From: an uncultured Bifidobacteriaceae bacterium
GTDB lineage: Bacteria; Bacteroidota; Bacteroidia; Cytophagales; UBA9547
Assembly (NCBI GenBank): GCA_964565665.1
Contig: CAZMFZ010000001.1
Span: 6,668 to 70,667 of the forward strand
Direction: 5' to 3'
Length of the DNA: 64,000 nucleotides
The notes beneath the pieces are model-generated. The model saw nothing but the letters and a program-made list of their open reading frames with translations. It did no database searches and was not told where the DNA came from. Each line of letters starts with the position of its first letter. The stretch's first letter is position 1. Below, piece by piece: positions 38,199 to 46,683 of the stretch. Position numbers and translations under genes: made by a program.

Positions 38199-39086
38199 AT
38201 GGAAATCCAAATAAATAAAATAGAATATATACCTGCCATCCCTTCTGCTTCTGGAATAGCTTATGTACAACCTTATATTTTTATCGTTGGCGATGATTCA
38301 AATTTTCTTTTTGTGTTGGATGATATGTGGAATGTAGTAACAACAGTGCAACTCTACACAGCCACAGAATTTAAATCGGAAGGCAGAATAAAGAAAAAAC
38401 ATAAAAAAGACCTGGAAGGATTAACTAAAATTAAGCTAAAGGGCAATGATTATGTACTCGCTATTGGCTCCGGCTCTACAGTACTTAGGGAACATGGGTA
38501 TTTGATCCAATCAGTTCCGCCATTCGAAGTCACAGCATTTAGCCTGTCGCGTTTTTATAGCCTACTTAGCAGTGAAATATTTAAGTTAGGAAATCATAAG
38601 CTCAATATTGAAGGAATAACTGCAGACGATGAAAAGATATACTTACTTCAAAGAGGCAATATATCTGGTTACAATAGTATGCTTAGCATAAAAACCGAAG
38701 ATTTATTTAATTTTATAAATGGTATTTCATCTATTCTACCCGATTATACTACTACAACTTTCAATCTTCCCAAAATTGGAGGGCTTATGTCAGGCTTCTC
38801 GGGTGCTGATATTATTCCGAATACTTCGCAATTAATTTTTTCTGCAACAGTGGAAAATACAGTAAATGAAATAGATGACGGTGAAATGCTTTGTTCTTAC
38901 ATTGGTATTATTGATTTGAAAAACAACAACCAAGTAGCTGATATTGTGAAAATAGAACCTGAAAACGTTGGAAAATTAGAATCGCTAGCCTTTCTTCAAA
39001 TGGATGATACTAGAATAAAAACAATAGCAGTTACCGACAATGATGGATTAGATTCTCAACTTATACAATTTGAAATCATACTTTAA
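38199..39086 (+). CDS. hypothetical protein (repeat/propeller-like, no signal peptide)
   Basis: 295-aa ORF with normal composition. Motifs such as NIEGITADDEKIYLLQRGN and KLESLAFLQ...IAVTDNDG hint at a beta-propeller-type fold. Family not recognised. Confidence 0.55.
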   Translation: MEIQINKIEYIPAIPSASGIAYVQPYIFIVGDDSNFLFVLDDMWNVVTTVQLYTATEFKSEGRIKKKHKKDLEGLTKIKLKGNDYVLAIGSGSTVLREHGYLIQSVPPFEVTAFSLSRFYSLLSSEIFKLGNHKLNIEGITADDEKIYLLQRGNISGYNSMLSIKTEDLFNFINGISSILPDYTTTTFNLPKIGGLMSGFSGADIIPNTSQLIFSATVENTVNEIDDGEMLCSYIGIIDLKNNNQVADIVKIEPENVGKLESLAFLQMDDTRIKTIAVTDNDGLDSQLIQFEIIL

Positions 39087-39141
39087 TCATTTTTTGAAAT
39101 ATAGCACTTACAGTATTTTTATATTTTGAGGAAAAGGCAAC

Positions 39142-39384
39142 TCACTGTAGTTTGTAATACATCAGCAAACCAAGGAAAGCCGATAACCCCAATACTAAAC
39201 TTATTATAGGTAATACGTTCCAAAGTATTTTCCACCCAAAAATGAAAGCCACGATTGAGCCCAAAAAGGCCATAGGAATACCTATCCAAGCAAGATTCAG
39301 AAAGAAACCATAGTATTCGAAAATTTCAAGTGCTTTAGGATTTGTATAGTCCATATGTCCGGGAACACCTAATGCACTCGCCAT
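39142..39384 (-). CDS. possible small 2-3 TM membrane protein
   Basis: 80-aa ORF, hydrophobic (FFLNLAWIGIPMAFLGSIVAFIFGWKILWNVLPIISLVLGLSAFLGLLMYY). It overlaps the end of the truncated PIN ORF and may be a by-product of the rearrangement. Confidence 0.3.
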   Translation of the reverse strand: MASALGVPGHMDYTNPKALEIFEYYGFFLNLAWIGIPMAFLGSIVAFIFGWKILWNVLPIISLVLGLSAFLGLLMYYKLQ

Positions 39385-39563
39385 GCATAAGAAAAACCCA
39401 ATTGAATGTAGTCTCTATAACCTAAAAACTCAATGCAAGTAATAAATGAAATGGTAAAATTCTCATTGATAACATCAGCTAAAAAAGCCAATCCATTTTC
39501 AGGGAGCTTTTTCATTTGAGCGTCAATAAGGCTATTGGTATCTATCAAATATTTCTTTCCCAT
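39369..39563 (-). pseudogene. truncated PIN-domain (VapC-like) toxin gene
   Basis: MGKKYLIDTNSLIDAQMKKLPENGLAFLADVINENFTISFITCIEFLGY is a good PIN N-terminal half. The ORF ends after 64 aa and no PIN C-terminal half is found in any frame downstream. Confidence 0.55.
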
Positions 39564-39793
39564 TCAGCACGGCTTTGGTTTACGTAGGCTTTCATTTTCT
39601 CACCTTCTTCATTACTCATTGTTCCAAAAAAATCAGATGGCTATTTCTTTTGCTGTATAGAAATGGTAATGTTGCTTTTTGCTTCTTCCTCAATATAGAA
39701 AAGGCAATGTACTTTTTTTCCTACATAATCTTTGGGGAATGAAATCTTCAAATCGTAGGTCTCATTTTGTGGAGTGTTTACTTGTAATATCAT
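39545..39793 (-). pseudogene. antitoxin-like gene interrupted by an in-frame TAG
   Basis: MILQVNTPQNETYDLKISFPKDYVGKKVHCLFYIEEEAKSNITISIQQKK*PSDFFGTMSNEEGEKMKAYVNQSRAEWERNI*, with TAG at 39641-39643 (minus strand). The C-terminal PSDFFG..S.EE......V...R.EWERNI tail is the type seen in Bacteroidota antitoxins upstream of PIN genes. The stop overlaps the PIN ATG. Confidence 0.5.
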
Positions 39794-40123
39794 ATTGCGC
39801 TTGATTTAGAAGCTTTTAGTACTGCAATGTACCAAAATTTTTTCTTTGCCCTTGATGTACTTCTCCAACAAGATATTAATTTCTAGACATAATATCTCCT
39901 GCTCATTGCAGCAAACTATTGAAAATTAAGACAGCTAACAAATTTTGGTATAGACAGGCTGAAACTATTCATTTTATAATTTAGTTGCGTGTCGGAGGGC
40001 AAGCCTCGGAAACCGAGTTTGTTATTTCTCTGTAATAATTATCCCGTGCTAGGTGGCACACCTAACACCCTTAAATTCAAAACCTAAGACGATTTATTTT
40101 ACCTGAATTTGTCTCTATTTTAT

Positions 40124-40147
40124 AGCCCACGGTTTAAACCGTGGGCT
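40124..40147. terminator. GGTTTAAACC-centred hairpin at the 3' end of the DUF6261-like gene
   Basis: AGCCCAC-GGTTTAAACC-GTGGGCT. Its right arm is duplicated 18 nt downstream (TTTAAACCGTGGGCa, 40151-40165), and that copy contains the gene's stop codon. Confidence 0.5.
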
Positions 40148-40151
40148 GAGT

Positions 40152-40916
40152 TTAAACCGTGGGCAATGAATTTATACCATCAGTGCCCTTGTTTTTATTT
40201 TCTCTATTCGCCAATATCAAATTGTATTTGGCTATCACGGAGTTGAGGCTGCCTACTAGATTGGTATAGGGGGCAGTATCCAGTTCGTCTTCTTCGGCTA
40301 AGGCAATACGGGCCTCGATGCCGTCACGCAATTTCTGCCATAGTGTTGTGGCCTCTTTACGTTTGTCTCTGAACTTGCCATCGGTAGGTTTTTTGTCGTC
40401 TTCCGAACGGGAGATGAAGGTTTGGTTGAAGGCAAGGTTGGCAGTGTTAAGTTCGTCTCTCCAATCTTCAATACCCAATGCTTTCAGGGCAGCAGCAAGT
40501 GAGGGTTTGGTGCTCCAATCGCTGATAATGGTACTCAAAGCGGCCGTTTCGGCTAGGTTATTTTTGTTGGCTATGGCAGCACCCGTGCCAAAGGTGAGCA
40601 CATGTTTGTATAAAGCCTCAGCATTTTTTTTGGTTTCAGGTTTGAAATGGTGCGTCAAACTTTCGAAGTAGAGTGCAATGCCTTTGATGGCTTCGTCTCT
40701 GCGGTAGTCTGCAGCGTTCACCTCGGGTGTCAAACTACTGCCTGTTTCCAAATTTAAGAGTTTGGCAGCCGCTGCACTTGTAGTTTTAAAAGCGGTAAAG
40801 GGCACCACAATACGCAATTTTGTAGGATCGTGCTTTTCACAAAGTGTCAAAATGTCGGCACCGAATTGTACAAACTCTTCGTTGCGTAAAGTAAAGATAT
40901 TGATGGAGTCTATCAT
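40152..40916 (-). CDS. hypothetical protein, DUF6261-like
   Basis: 254 aa. The N-terminus MIDSINIFTLRNEEFVQFGADILTLCEKHDP resembles the Bacteroidota DUF6261 family as I recall it. It is visibly more G+C rich than its neighbours: a hand-counted 60-nt sample at 40321-40380 gave 29 G+C, against 20 in 38641-38700. Confidence 0.55.
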   Translation of the reverse strand: MIDSINIFTLRNEEFVQFGADILTLCEKHDPTKLRIVVPFTAFKTTSAAAAKLLNLETGSSLTPEVNAADYRRDEAIKGIALYFESLTHHFKPETKKNAEALYKHVLTFGTGAAIANKNNLAETAALSTIISDWSTKPSLAAALKALGIEDWRDELNTANLAFNQTFISRSEDDKKPTDGKFRDKRKEATTLWQKLRDGIEARIALAEEDELDTAPYTNLVGSLNSVIAKYNLILANRENKNKGTDGINSLPTV

Positions 40917-40935
40917 GGAAATATAAATTATTAGG

Positions 40936-41262
40936 AGGTGAAAGAAAGAAAATTATTTTATGGCTAAATTAAATGAATTTGACGACAGCATTTTATCTAA
41001 GAGCAATCGTAAAATGTATTTGACAGCTGTTTTTTCAGTTTTAGGTACCCTCAAATAAATTTGATGGCATAATTTTGTTTAAAAATAGCAATCAAATAAA
41101 TTTGAAAGCTATTTATAATTTAAATGTAACCGCCAAAAGAATTTGAAAGCCATTTTTTTGATTTTTGAAGGCATCAGATGGATTTGAAATCCACTTTTTA
41201 TATTTTGTACTTATCAAATAAATTTAATTTCTACCCTTAATATTTTTTTCATCTACCATTAC
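40936..41262. repeat. tandem array of ~8 degenerate 41-bp units headed by ATTTGA
   Basis: ATTTGA (or AGGTGA/ATTTAA at the ends) starts at 40936, 40977, 41018, 41059, 41100, 41141, 41182 and 41222, giving spacings of 41,41,41,41,41,41,40. Three unit junctions form the near-palindrome TCAAATAAATTTGA. Each unit has a T-run about 12-20 nt in. Confidence 0.8.
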
Positions 41263-41470
41263 CAAAGGAAATCTTAAATGGCACAGGGAGTAAAGATAAA
41301 GATTATAGAGTTTTCGTGTACGATTGTCAGAGTAAGGGCAAGGTAAATAAGGAGAATAAAAATTAAAAGTTTTTATGAAAGTTTTTTTGAATTAAATTCA
41401 AAATAAAATAGGTTTGAGGTAATGAGAAAGACAAGAGACTAGGATATATTTACAACTAGACAATAGGCTT

Positions 41471-41581
41471 ATGTTGCCTGTGGCTCAAAAAACAAATCTT
41501 CAATTGAACATTACAGGGATATTGCTATATATAGATGGTAATTTTATCCAATACTTGGAAGAAGAAGCAATCGGGCGATAA
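41471..41581 (+). pseudogene. BLUF-domain-like gene remnant
   Basis: The short frame MLPVAQKTNLQLNITGILLYIDGNFIQYLEEEAIGR* carries the BLUF core signature (N..ITG.LLY..G.F.Q.LEG). An upstream frame has ..RLGYIYN* resembling the BLUF N-terminal strand. Stops and shifts occur on both sides. Confidence 0.35.
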
Positions 41582-41675
41582 GTAGGTGTTTTTTAGTCTG
41601 ATAATAAAACAAAGTGCAGAATTTGGCCAGCTATTCATTCCCCTATTTTGTATCTTGCAAATAAAAATATATCCT

Positions 41676-42070
41676 ATGAGCATAATCAAAATACCCCTAC
41701 ACTTCGAAGGTGACAAAGGCGAAAAAACATTATACACGCTTTTCGGTAGCGGCTCTACCTATTCCTGTATCCACCCATCATACATTCATAAGCTATGTAC
41801 GGGCATTAAATTTAAAATCCTATGCACTTTGGCACGGCCTCTGAAGGTGCATATATAGAGGTAAAAAAAGCATGCAGACTAGAGTTTTACATTGACGATG
41901 TAAGGCTTACAGATGAATTTTATGTGGTGCCAGGCTTATCTGAAGAAGCTATAATAGGTGCCACCACCATGCAAAAATAGCGTATGGAGCTAGATTTTGA
42001 GCATGATAAGCCGATAGTTGACCCTCGGGTAGCTAAGCTCATCCTTATCAATTTGATTAGGAAGGGGTAA
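41676..42070 (+). pseudogene. retropepsin-like aspartic protease gene with a frameshift and an in-frame TAG
   Basis: MSIIKIPLHFEGDKGEKTLYTLFGSGSTYSCI... has Gly where the D-S/T-G catalytic Asp is expected. The frame ends at 41858. A second frame continues as ..ASEGAYIEVKKACRLEFYIDDVRLTDEFYVVPGLSEEAIIGATTMQK*RMELDFEHDKPIVDPRVAKLILINLIRKG*, with TAG at 41978-41980 where W is expected. Confidence 0.5.
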
Positions 42071-42121
42071 AGGATGAGATTTGTCTAACTTCCAAAAAGT
42101 TGACAAATCTAAAAAGAAATG

Positions 42122-43369
42122 CTACTTCCTCACCTGCCCGTTGCCCTTCACCAGCCATTTGTAGCTGGTAAGTTCATTCAAACCCATTGGCCCACGGGCG
42201 TGAAGTTTTTGTGTACTTATGCCAATTTCTGCTCCCATGCCAAACTGAGCCCCATCTGTAAAAGCTGTAGAAGCATTGGCGTACACAGCCGCGGCATCTA
42301 CATTTCTAAAAAACTTGGCAATATGTGCTTCGTTTTCAGTGATAATGGCTTCGCTGTGGTTAGAGCTGTAATCTGAAATATAGGTTAAAGTATCGTCAAG
42401 TGATGCTACCGTTTTAATGGCCATTTTATAATCTAAAAACTCAGTACCAAACGATTCCGGAGTGGCATGTTGCAGCAACCCAACAGGGTAATTTCGGGAT
42501 AACGAGGCGAATGCTTTTTCATCAGCATAAATAATAACTTTGCTTTCTTGCATTGGAGCAATCAACTTTGGCAAATCTCCTAATCTCGCTTCATGTATTA
42601 ATAGACAATCCAAAGCATTGCACACGCTTACTCTTCTTGTTTTGGAATTATTGATGATTTCTTTTCCTTTCTCCACATCGCCAAATTCATCGAAATACAC
42701 GTGCACTATGCCAGCGCCTGTTTCGATTACTGGTACTTTGGCATTTTGCCGCACATAATCAATTAGGCTTTGGCTACCTCTGGGAATAAGCACATCTACG
42801 TAGCCAACGGCACCCAACAATTCGGCAGTGGCTTCTCGATTGGCGGGTAGCAAACCAATGGCATTCTCGTCTATTTCGAAATCTTTTAATACAGATTGTA
42901 TTAATGTCACAATGGCAATGTTCGAATATTCTGCATCGCTGCCGCCTTTTAAAATAACTGCATTTCCCGATTTCAAACAAAGAGCAAAACAATCGAAAGT
43001 AACATTAGGTCTGGCTTCATAAATAATACCTACTACGCCCAAAGGCACAGTAATTTTCTCAAGCTCCAACCCATTTTCCAGTATTCGCTTTTCAATACTT
43101 TCCCCAACAGGGTAAGGCAGCGAAGCTACAATTCGTATTTCTGAGGCAATATTTTCTATTCTATGTTTTGACAAAAGCAGACGATCGTACTTTGGGTCTG
43201 CCTTATCCATTCTAGCCAAATCTCTTTCATTTTCTACAAGAATAGTTTGGTGTTGGGCTACAGCTTTATCGGCCAATGCCAATAGAATAGCGTTGATTTT
43301 ATCAGCCTCCAAAGTATTGAGCATTCTGGAAGCTTTTTTTACTGCTTTAAATAGAGATTGGTTTTTCAT
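42122..43369 (-). CDS. proA: glutamate-5-semialdehyde dehydrogenase
   Basis: 415 aa; ...[16 protein letters not shown]..., the [11 protein letters not shown] catalytic Cys region, and the C-terminal ...[19 protein letters not shown]. Confidence 0.92.
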   Translation of the reverse strand: MKNQSLFKAVKKASRMLNTLEADKINAILLALADKAVAQHQTILVENERDLARMDKADPKYDRLLLSKHRIENIASEIRIVASLPYPVGESIEKRILENGLELEKITVPLGVVGIIYEARPNVTFDCFALCLKSGNAVILKGGSDAEYSNIAIVTLIQSVLKDFEIDENAIGLLPANREATAELLGAVGYVDVLIPRGSQSLIDYVRQNAKVPVIETGAGIVHVYFDEFGDVEKGKEIINNSKTRRVSVCNALDCLLIHEARLGDLPKLIAPMQESKVIIYADEKAFASLSRNYPVGLLQHATPESFGTEFLDYKMAIKTVASLDDTLTYISDYSSNHSEAIITENEAHIAKFFRNVDAAAVYANASTAFTDGAQFGMGAEIGISTQKLHARGPMGLNELTSYKWLVKGNGQVRK

Positions 43370-44455
43370 TTATTCAATCAAATATAAATAATCATAATGC
43401 ACCATAGGCTTTTGATTCTTTTGCCCTATCAGTTCGCTGCCGCGCTTTGCACTGTATTGCACCTTACCTAAGCCAATCACTTTTCCTTTTTCATCAGCTA
43501 TTTTCACCACATCGCCCGATTGAAATTCTCCATTTATTTTCACTATACCAACTGTGAGCAGGCTATTGGCTTTCACTGCAAGCAATGCCGATTTGGCACC
43601 TTCATTTATTATTATCTCTCCTTTGGTAAGGGTTTCTGCAAATGAAATCTGCTTCTTAGCACTTGATATAAGCTTTTTAGGCACAAAAGTAGACCCTATT
43701 ACACATTCATTATCTTTCAATAAATCAATCAATATATGCTTCTTTTTCCCATTCCCTATTTTTACAGTAATGCCATTGGCAGCTACTTTACGGGCTATAT
43801 TCGATTTTGTAATCATTCCGCCACGCCCAAAATCAGATTTAGACGAATGCACAAATTGAGCAAAATCTATCTTTTCGCCTATCTTTGAGATAATTTTACT
43901 ACTCGCATCCTTAGGATTGCCATCGTAAAGACCATCTACATTACTCAAAATAAGTAGTGCATCCGCATTGGTAATGGTGGCAATCAGCCCTGCAAGTTCA
44001 TCGTTGTCGGTAAACATAAGTTCAGTTACCGAAATCACGTCATTTTCATTTACAATTGGCAATATCCCGTTTTGTAGCAGAGCATTGAAGCAATTTTGCA
44101 TGTTTATATAGTGAACTCTATCTCTAAAATCTTCCTTCGTTACCAATACTTGAGCACAGTTAATGCGATGGTTTTGGAAAAGCTGATAATAATTTTGAAG
44201 TAATTTCACTTGCCCCACAGCAGCAAATACCTGTCTGGAAGCTACAGAATCAGTTTTATCAATCAAATTTACCATTCCCCTACCCGATGCTACTGCACCT
44301 GAAGAAACCAAAATAATTTCAACGCCTGCTTTCTTAATTTCAGCAATTTGAAGTGTTAATTGAGCCAAAGCTAATTCATCTAAATTGCCATTTTCACTCG
44401 TAAGTACATTCGAACCTATCTTAACTACTACTTTTTTGTACTTATATTCAGACAT
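43370..44455 (-). CDS. proB: glutamate 5-kinase (with PUA domain)
   Basis: VVVKIGSNVLT..., VSSGAVASGR, FTDNDELAG, and a C-terminal PUA domain. It directly abuts proA. Confidence 0.92.
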   Translation of the reverse strand: MSEYKYKKVVVKIGSNVLTSENGNLDELALAQLTLQIAEIKKAGVEIILVSSGAVASGRGMVNLIDKTDSVASRQVFAAVGQVKLLQNYYQLFQNHRINCAQVLVTKEDFRDRVHYINMQNCFNALLQNGILPIVNENDVISVTELMFTDNDELAGLIATITNADALLILSNVDGLYDGNPKDASSKIISKIGEKIDFAQFVHSSKSDFGRGGMITKSNIARKVAANGITVKIGNGKKKHILIDLLKDNECVIGSTFVPKKLISSAKKQISFAETLTKGEIIINEGAKSALLAVKANSLLTVGIVKINGEFQSGDVVKIADEKGKVIGLGKVQYSAKRGSELIGQKNQKPMVHYDYLYLIE

Positions 44456-44602
44456 CGGAATTTAATTAACAAATACAGACACTTGCTCTACCATCTTTAA
44501 ATAAAATTAAGGCCTAAAGCCGATGGATAATTGCTAAACTTTGGTTTAATTTGCAGGTTGTAAAGGTAGTGGTGAATTCCAAAACTGTAACGCAAACTAA
44601 AG

Positions 44603-45367
44603 ATGAATTTGCAAATTAAAGAAGAGGGTCAGTTCAAATATGTTGAAGAAGGCCAAGGAGATGTGCTATTGCTATTGCATGGGTTGTTTGGTGCATTGAG
44701 CAATTGGGATGCAGTTATCAGGCACTTTTCAAAAGATTTTAAGGTGATAATTCCTTTATTGCCCATTATAGAAATGCCTATCAAAGAGGCTACTGTAGAT
44801 GGTTTGGTGCTGTTTGTAGAGAAATTTGTAGTTCAAAAAGGGCTTTCTGATGTCACACTTTTGGGAAATTCACTTGGTGGGCATTTGGCTTTAGTTTACA
44901 CTTTAAGAAATTCAAGCAATGTAAAAAGAATAGTTTTAGCTGGAAGCTCAGGTTTATTTGAAAATTCAATGGGTGGTACGTATCCCAAACGTGGCGATAG
45001 AAAATATGTGGAAGAGAGGGTGCGTTATACATTTTTTGATCCAAATACTGCCACACAAGAATTGATTGATGAAGTTTTTGACATCACCAACAGCATCAGA
45101 AAAGGATTAAATATAGTGGCAGTGGCTAAATCGGCACAAAGACACAACCTTGCCCATGAAATTTCAGTTATTAAGCAACCGGTACTTTTAATTTGGGGGC
45201 TAAATGATACCATTACTCCACCAAGCGTGGCACATGAGTTCAATCGTTTGTTGCCAAATTCTGAGCTTCGGTTTATCGACAAATGCGGCCATGCTCCGAT
45301 GATGGAGCAGCCTGAAAAATTTAACGAATATGTAGACGAATTTTTAAAAGTAGCTGTAGTTGCATGA
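44603..45367 (+). CDS. alpha/beta-fold hydrolase
   Basis: LLLLHGLFGALSNWD, the nucleophile elbow GNSLGG, and a C-terminal ..CGHAPMMEQP. Confidence 0.8.
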   Translation: MNLQIKEEGQFKYVEEGQGDVLLLLHGLFGALSNWDAVIRHFSKDFKVIIPLLPIIEMPIKEATVDGLVLFVEKFVVQKGLSDVTLLGNSLGGHLALVYTLRNSSNVKRIVLAGSSGLFENSMGGTYPKRGDRKYVEERVRYTFFDPNTATQELIDEVFDITNSIRKGLNIVAVAKSAQRHNLAHEISVIKQPVLLIWGLNDTITPPSVAHEFNRLLPNSELRFIDKCGHAPMMEQPEKFNEYVDEFLKVAVVA

Positions 45368-46026
45368 CAAATGAAACGCTTATTAATCTGACCATTCCAT
45401 TTTTAAAACCCTCAGATAATGTGCGTTTGGCTACCGATTTACTTATCGAAAACAAACTTTATCTATTGCCAATTGTAGATGAAAAGCTTTTTCTAGGCTA
45501 TATTTCTGAAGATTCTCTGCTAGATATTTCACACAATAAAAAAATAGGTTCTTTAATTCCAGAAAAACCCAATGCTTTTGTAAAAGCTGAAATGCACTAT
45601 TTTGAGGCGCTGAGGCAAATGAACTTGCACGATACCGACATTATTGCTGTTCAAGATTCAGAAGAACGATTTTTAGGTTCCATTTTAAAAGCCGACATTT
45701 CTACCTATTTTTCCAATTTGGGTTTTGTAAATGCTCCAGGTGGTATTTTGGTACTTTCTGTTATGAATAACAGCTACTCGGTAGCCGAAATAAGCCGAAT
45801 CGTAGAAAGCAACGATTTAAAAATATTATGCTTTTATATTGAAGACAATCCGGAAGACGGATTTGAAAGCTTTATTACGTTAAAATTAAATAGAATCGAC
45901 CTTACCCGATTAATTGCCTCTTTTGACCGTTTTGGCTACAAAATAGAAGCCGATTTCCACGAATCAGCTTTCCAGCCCATAGAATCCGAGCGATTAGATA
46001 TGCTAATGCGATACCTGAATGTGTGA
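45364..46026 (+). CDS. CBS-domain-pair protein
   Basis: Two CBS-like modules (...LPIVDEKLFLGYISEDSLLD; ...IIAVQDSEERFLGSILKADI). 4-nt overlap with the upstream gene. Confidence 0.6.
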   Translation: MTNETLINLTIPFLKPSDNVRLATDLLIENKLYLLPIVDEKLFLGYISEDSLLDISHNKKIGSLIPEKPNAFVKAEMHYFEALRQMNLHDTDIIAVQDSEERFLGSILKADISTYFSNLGFVNAPGGILVLSVMNNSYSVAEISRIVESNDLKILCFYIEDNPEDGFESFITLKLNRIDLTRLIASFDRFGYKIEADFHESAFQPIESERLDMLMRYLNV

Positions 46027-46060
46027 TTTGTAGCACATGTCTGTTTGAATGAACTAATAT

Positions 46061-46657
46061 TTATTCAAACACCTCTTTTAAATAAATACTCAATCCCTCA
46101 ATCACATTCACATTTAAAGTTTCCTCGGCAGCATATTTTTTCAACAATTTGTATTTGCCGTTCTCAAGCAAAAATACATCTACAATTTGCTCAAGAGGGC
46201 TTACTATCCAGTATTCTCTTACGCCAGCCTCTTCATAAAGGTCAAATTTTACTGTAATATCGTTTTGCCTTGTAAATGGCGACAATATCTCAATAATCAA
46301 ATCTGGTGGTCCATTGCAGCCACGTTCATCAAGTAGTGATGGATCGCAAATCACACAAATATCGGGCTGCACTACTGTAAATACCTCATTATCATTGTCT
46401 TTGTGTTGTAATCGTACATCGAATGGGGCATCGAATACTTGGCATCTTTTCTTTCTCAAATACGACCCAATTTCAACCAAAATATTTTTGCTTACTCTTT
46501 GGTGGTATGTACTCGGTGCAGGAGACATAGGCACTATTTTACCCTTTATTAATTCTACCCATTCCTCAAATTGCCAAGTGAGATAGTCGGAATATGAATA
46601 TGTTTTGGAAGGGTCTAACTGAGATATATCTGTTATCATTGTAATTAGATGAGTCAA
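46061..46657 (-). CDS. Uma2-family (DUF820) endonuclease
   Basis: YSDYLTWQFEEWVELIKGKIVPMSPAPSTYHQRVS..., VVQPDICVICD, PDLIIEILSP, and YEEAGVREYWIVSP. Confidence 0.8.
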   Translation of the reverse strand: MTHLITMITDISQLDPSKTYSYSDYLTWQFEEWVELIKGKIVPMSPAPSTYHQRVSKNILVEIGSYLRKKRCQVFDAPFDVRLQHKDNDNEVFTVVQPDICVICDPSLLDERGCNGPPDLIIEILSPFTRQNDITVKFDLYEEAGVREYWIVSPLEQIVDVFLLENGKYKLLKKYAAEETLNVNVIEGLSIYLKEVFE

Positions 46658-46683
46658 AAATCTAAATTAATCAAAATAGCCAA

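Noticed and set aside
39960-40080. A possible small RNA or attenuator: overlapping hairpins CGGAGG..CCTCGG and CTCGG-AAA-CCGAG followed by TTTGTTATTT, plus GTGC-taggtg-GCAC.
   Set aside because: The stems are only 4-6 bp, no convincing promoter lies upstream, and I could not match the sequence to any RNA family from memory. It needs an Rfam scan before it can be claimed.
40960-41058. A 32-aa plus-strand ORF (MAKLNEFDDSILSKSNRKMYLTAVFSVLGTLK) preceded by AGGAGGTGA.
   Set aside because: It lies entirely within the 41-bp repeat array. The SD-like motif is about 20 nt from the ATG, and Bacteroidota generally do not rely on SD pairing. It is probably fortuitous.
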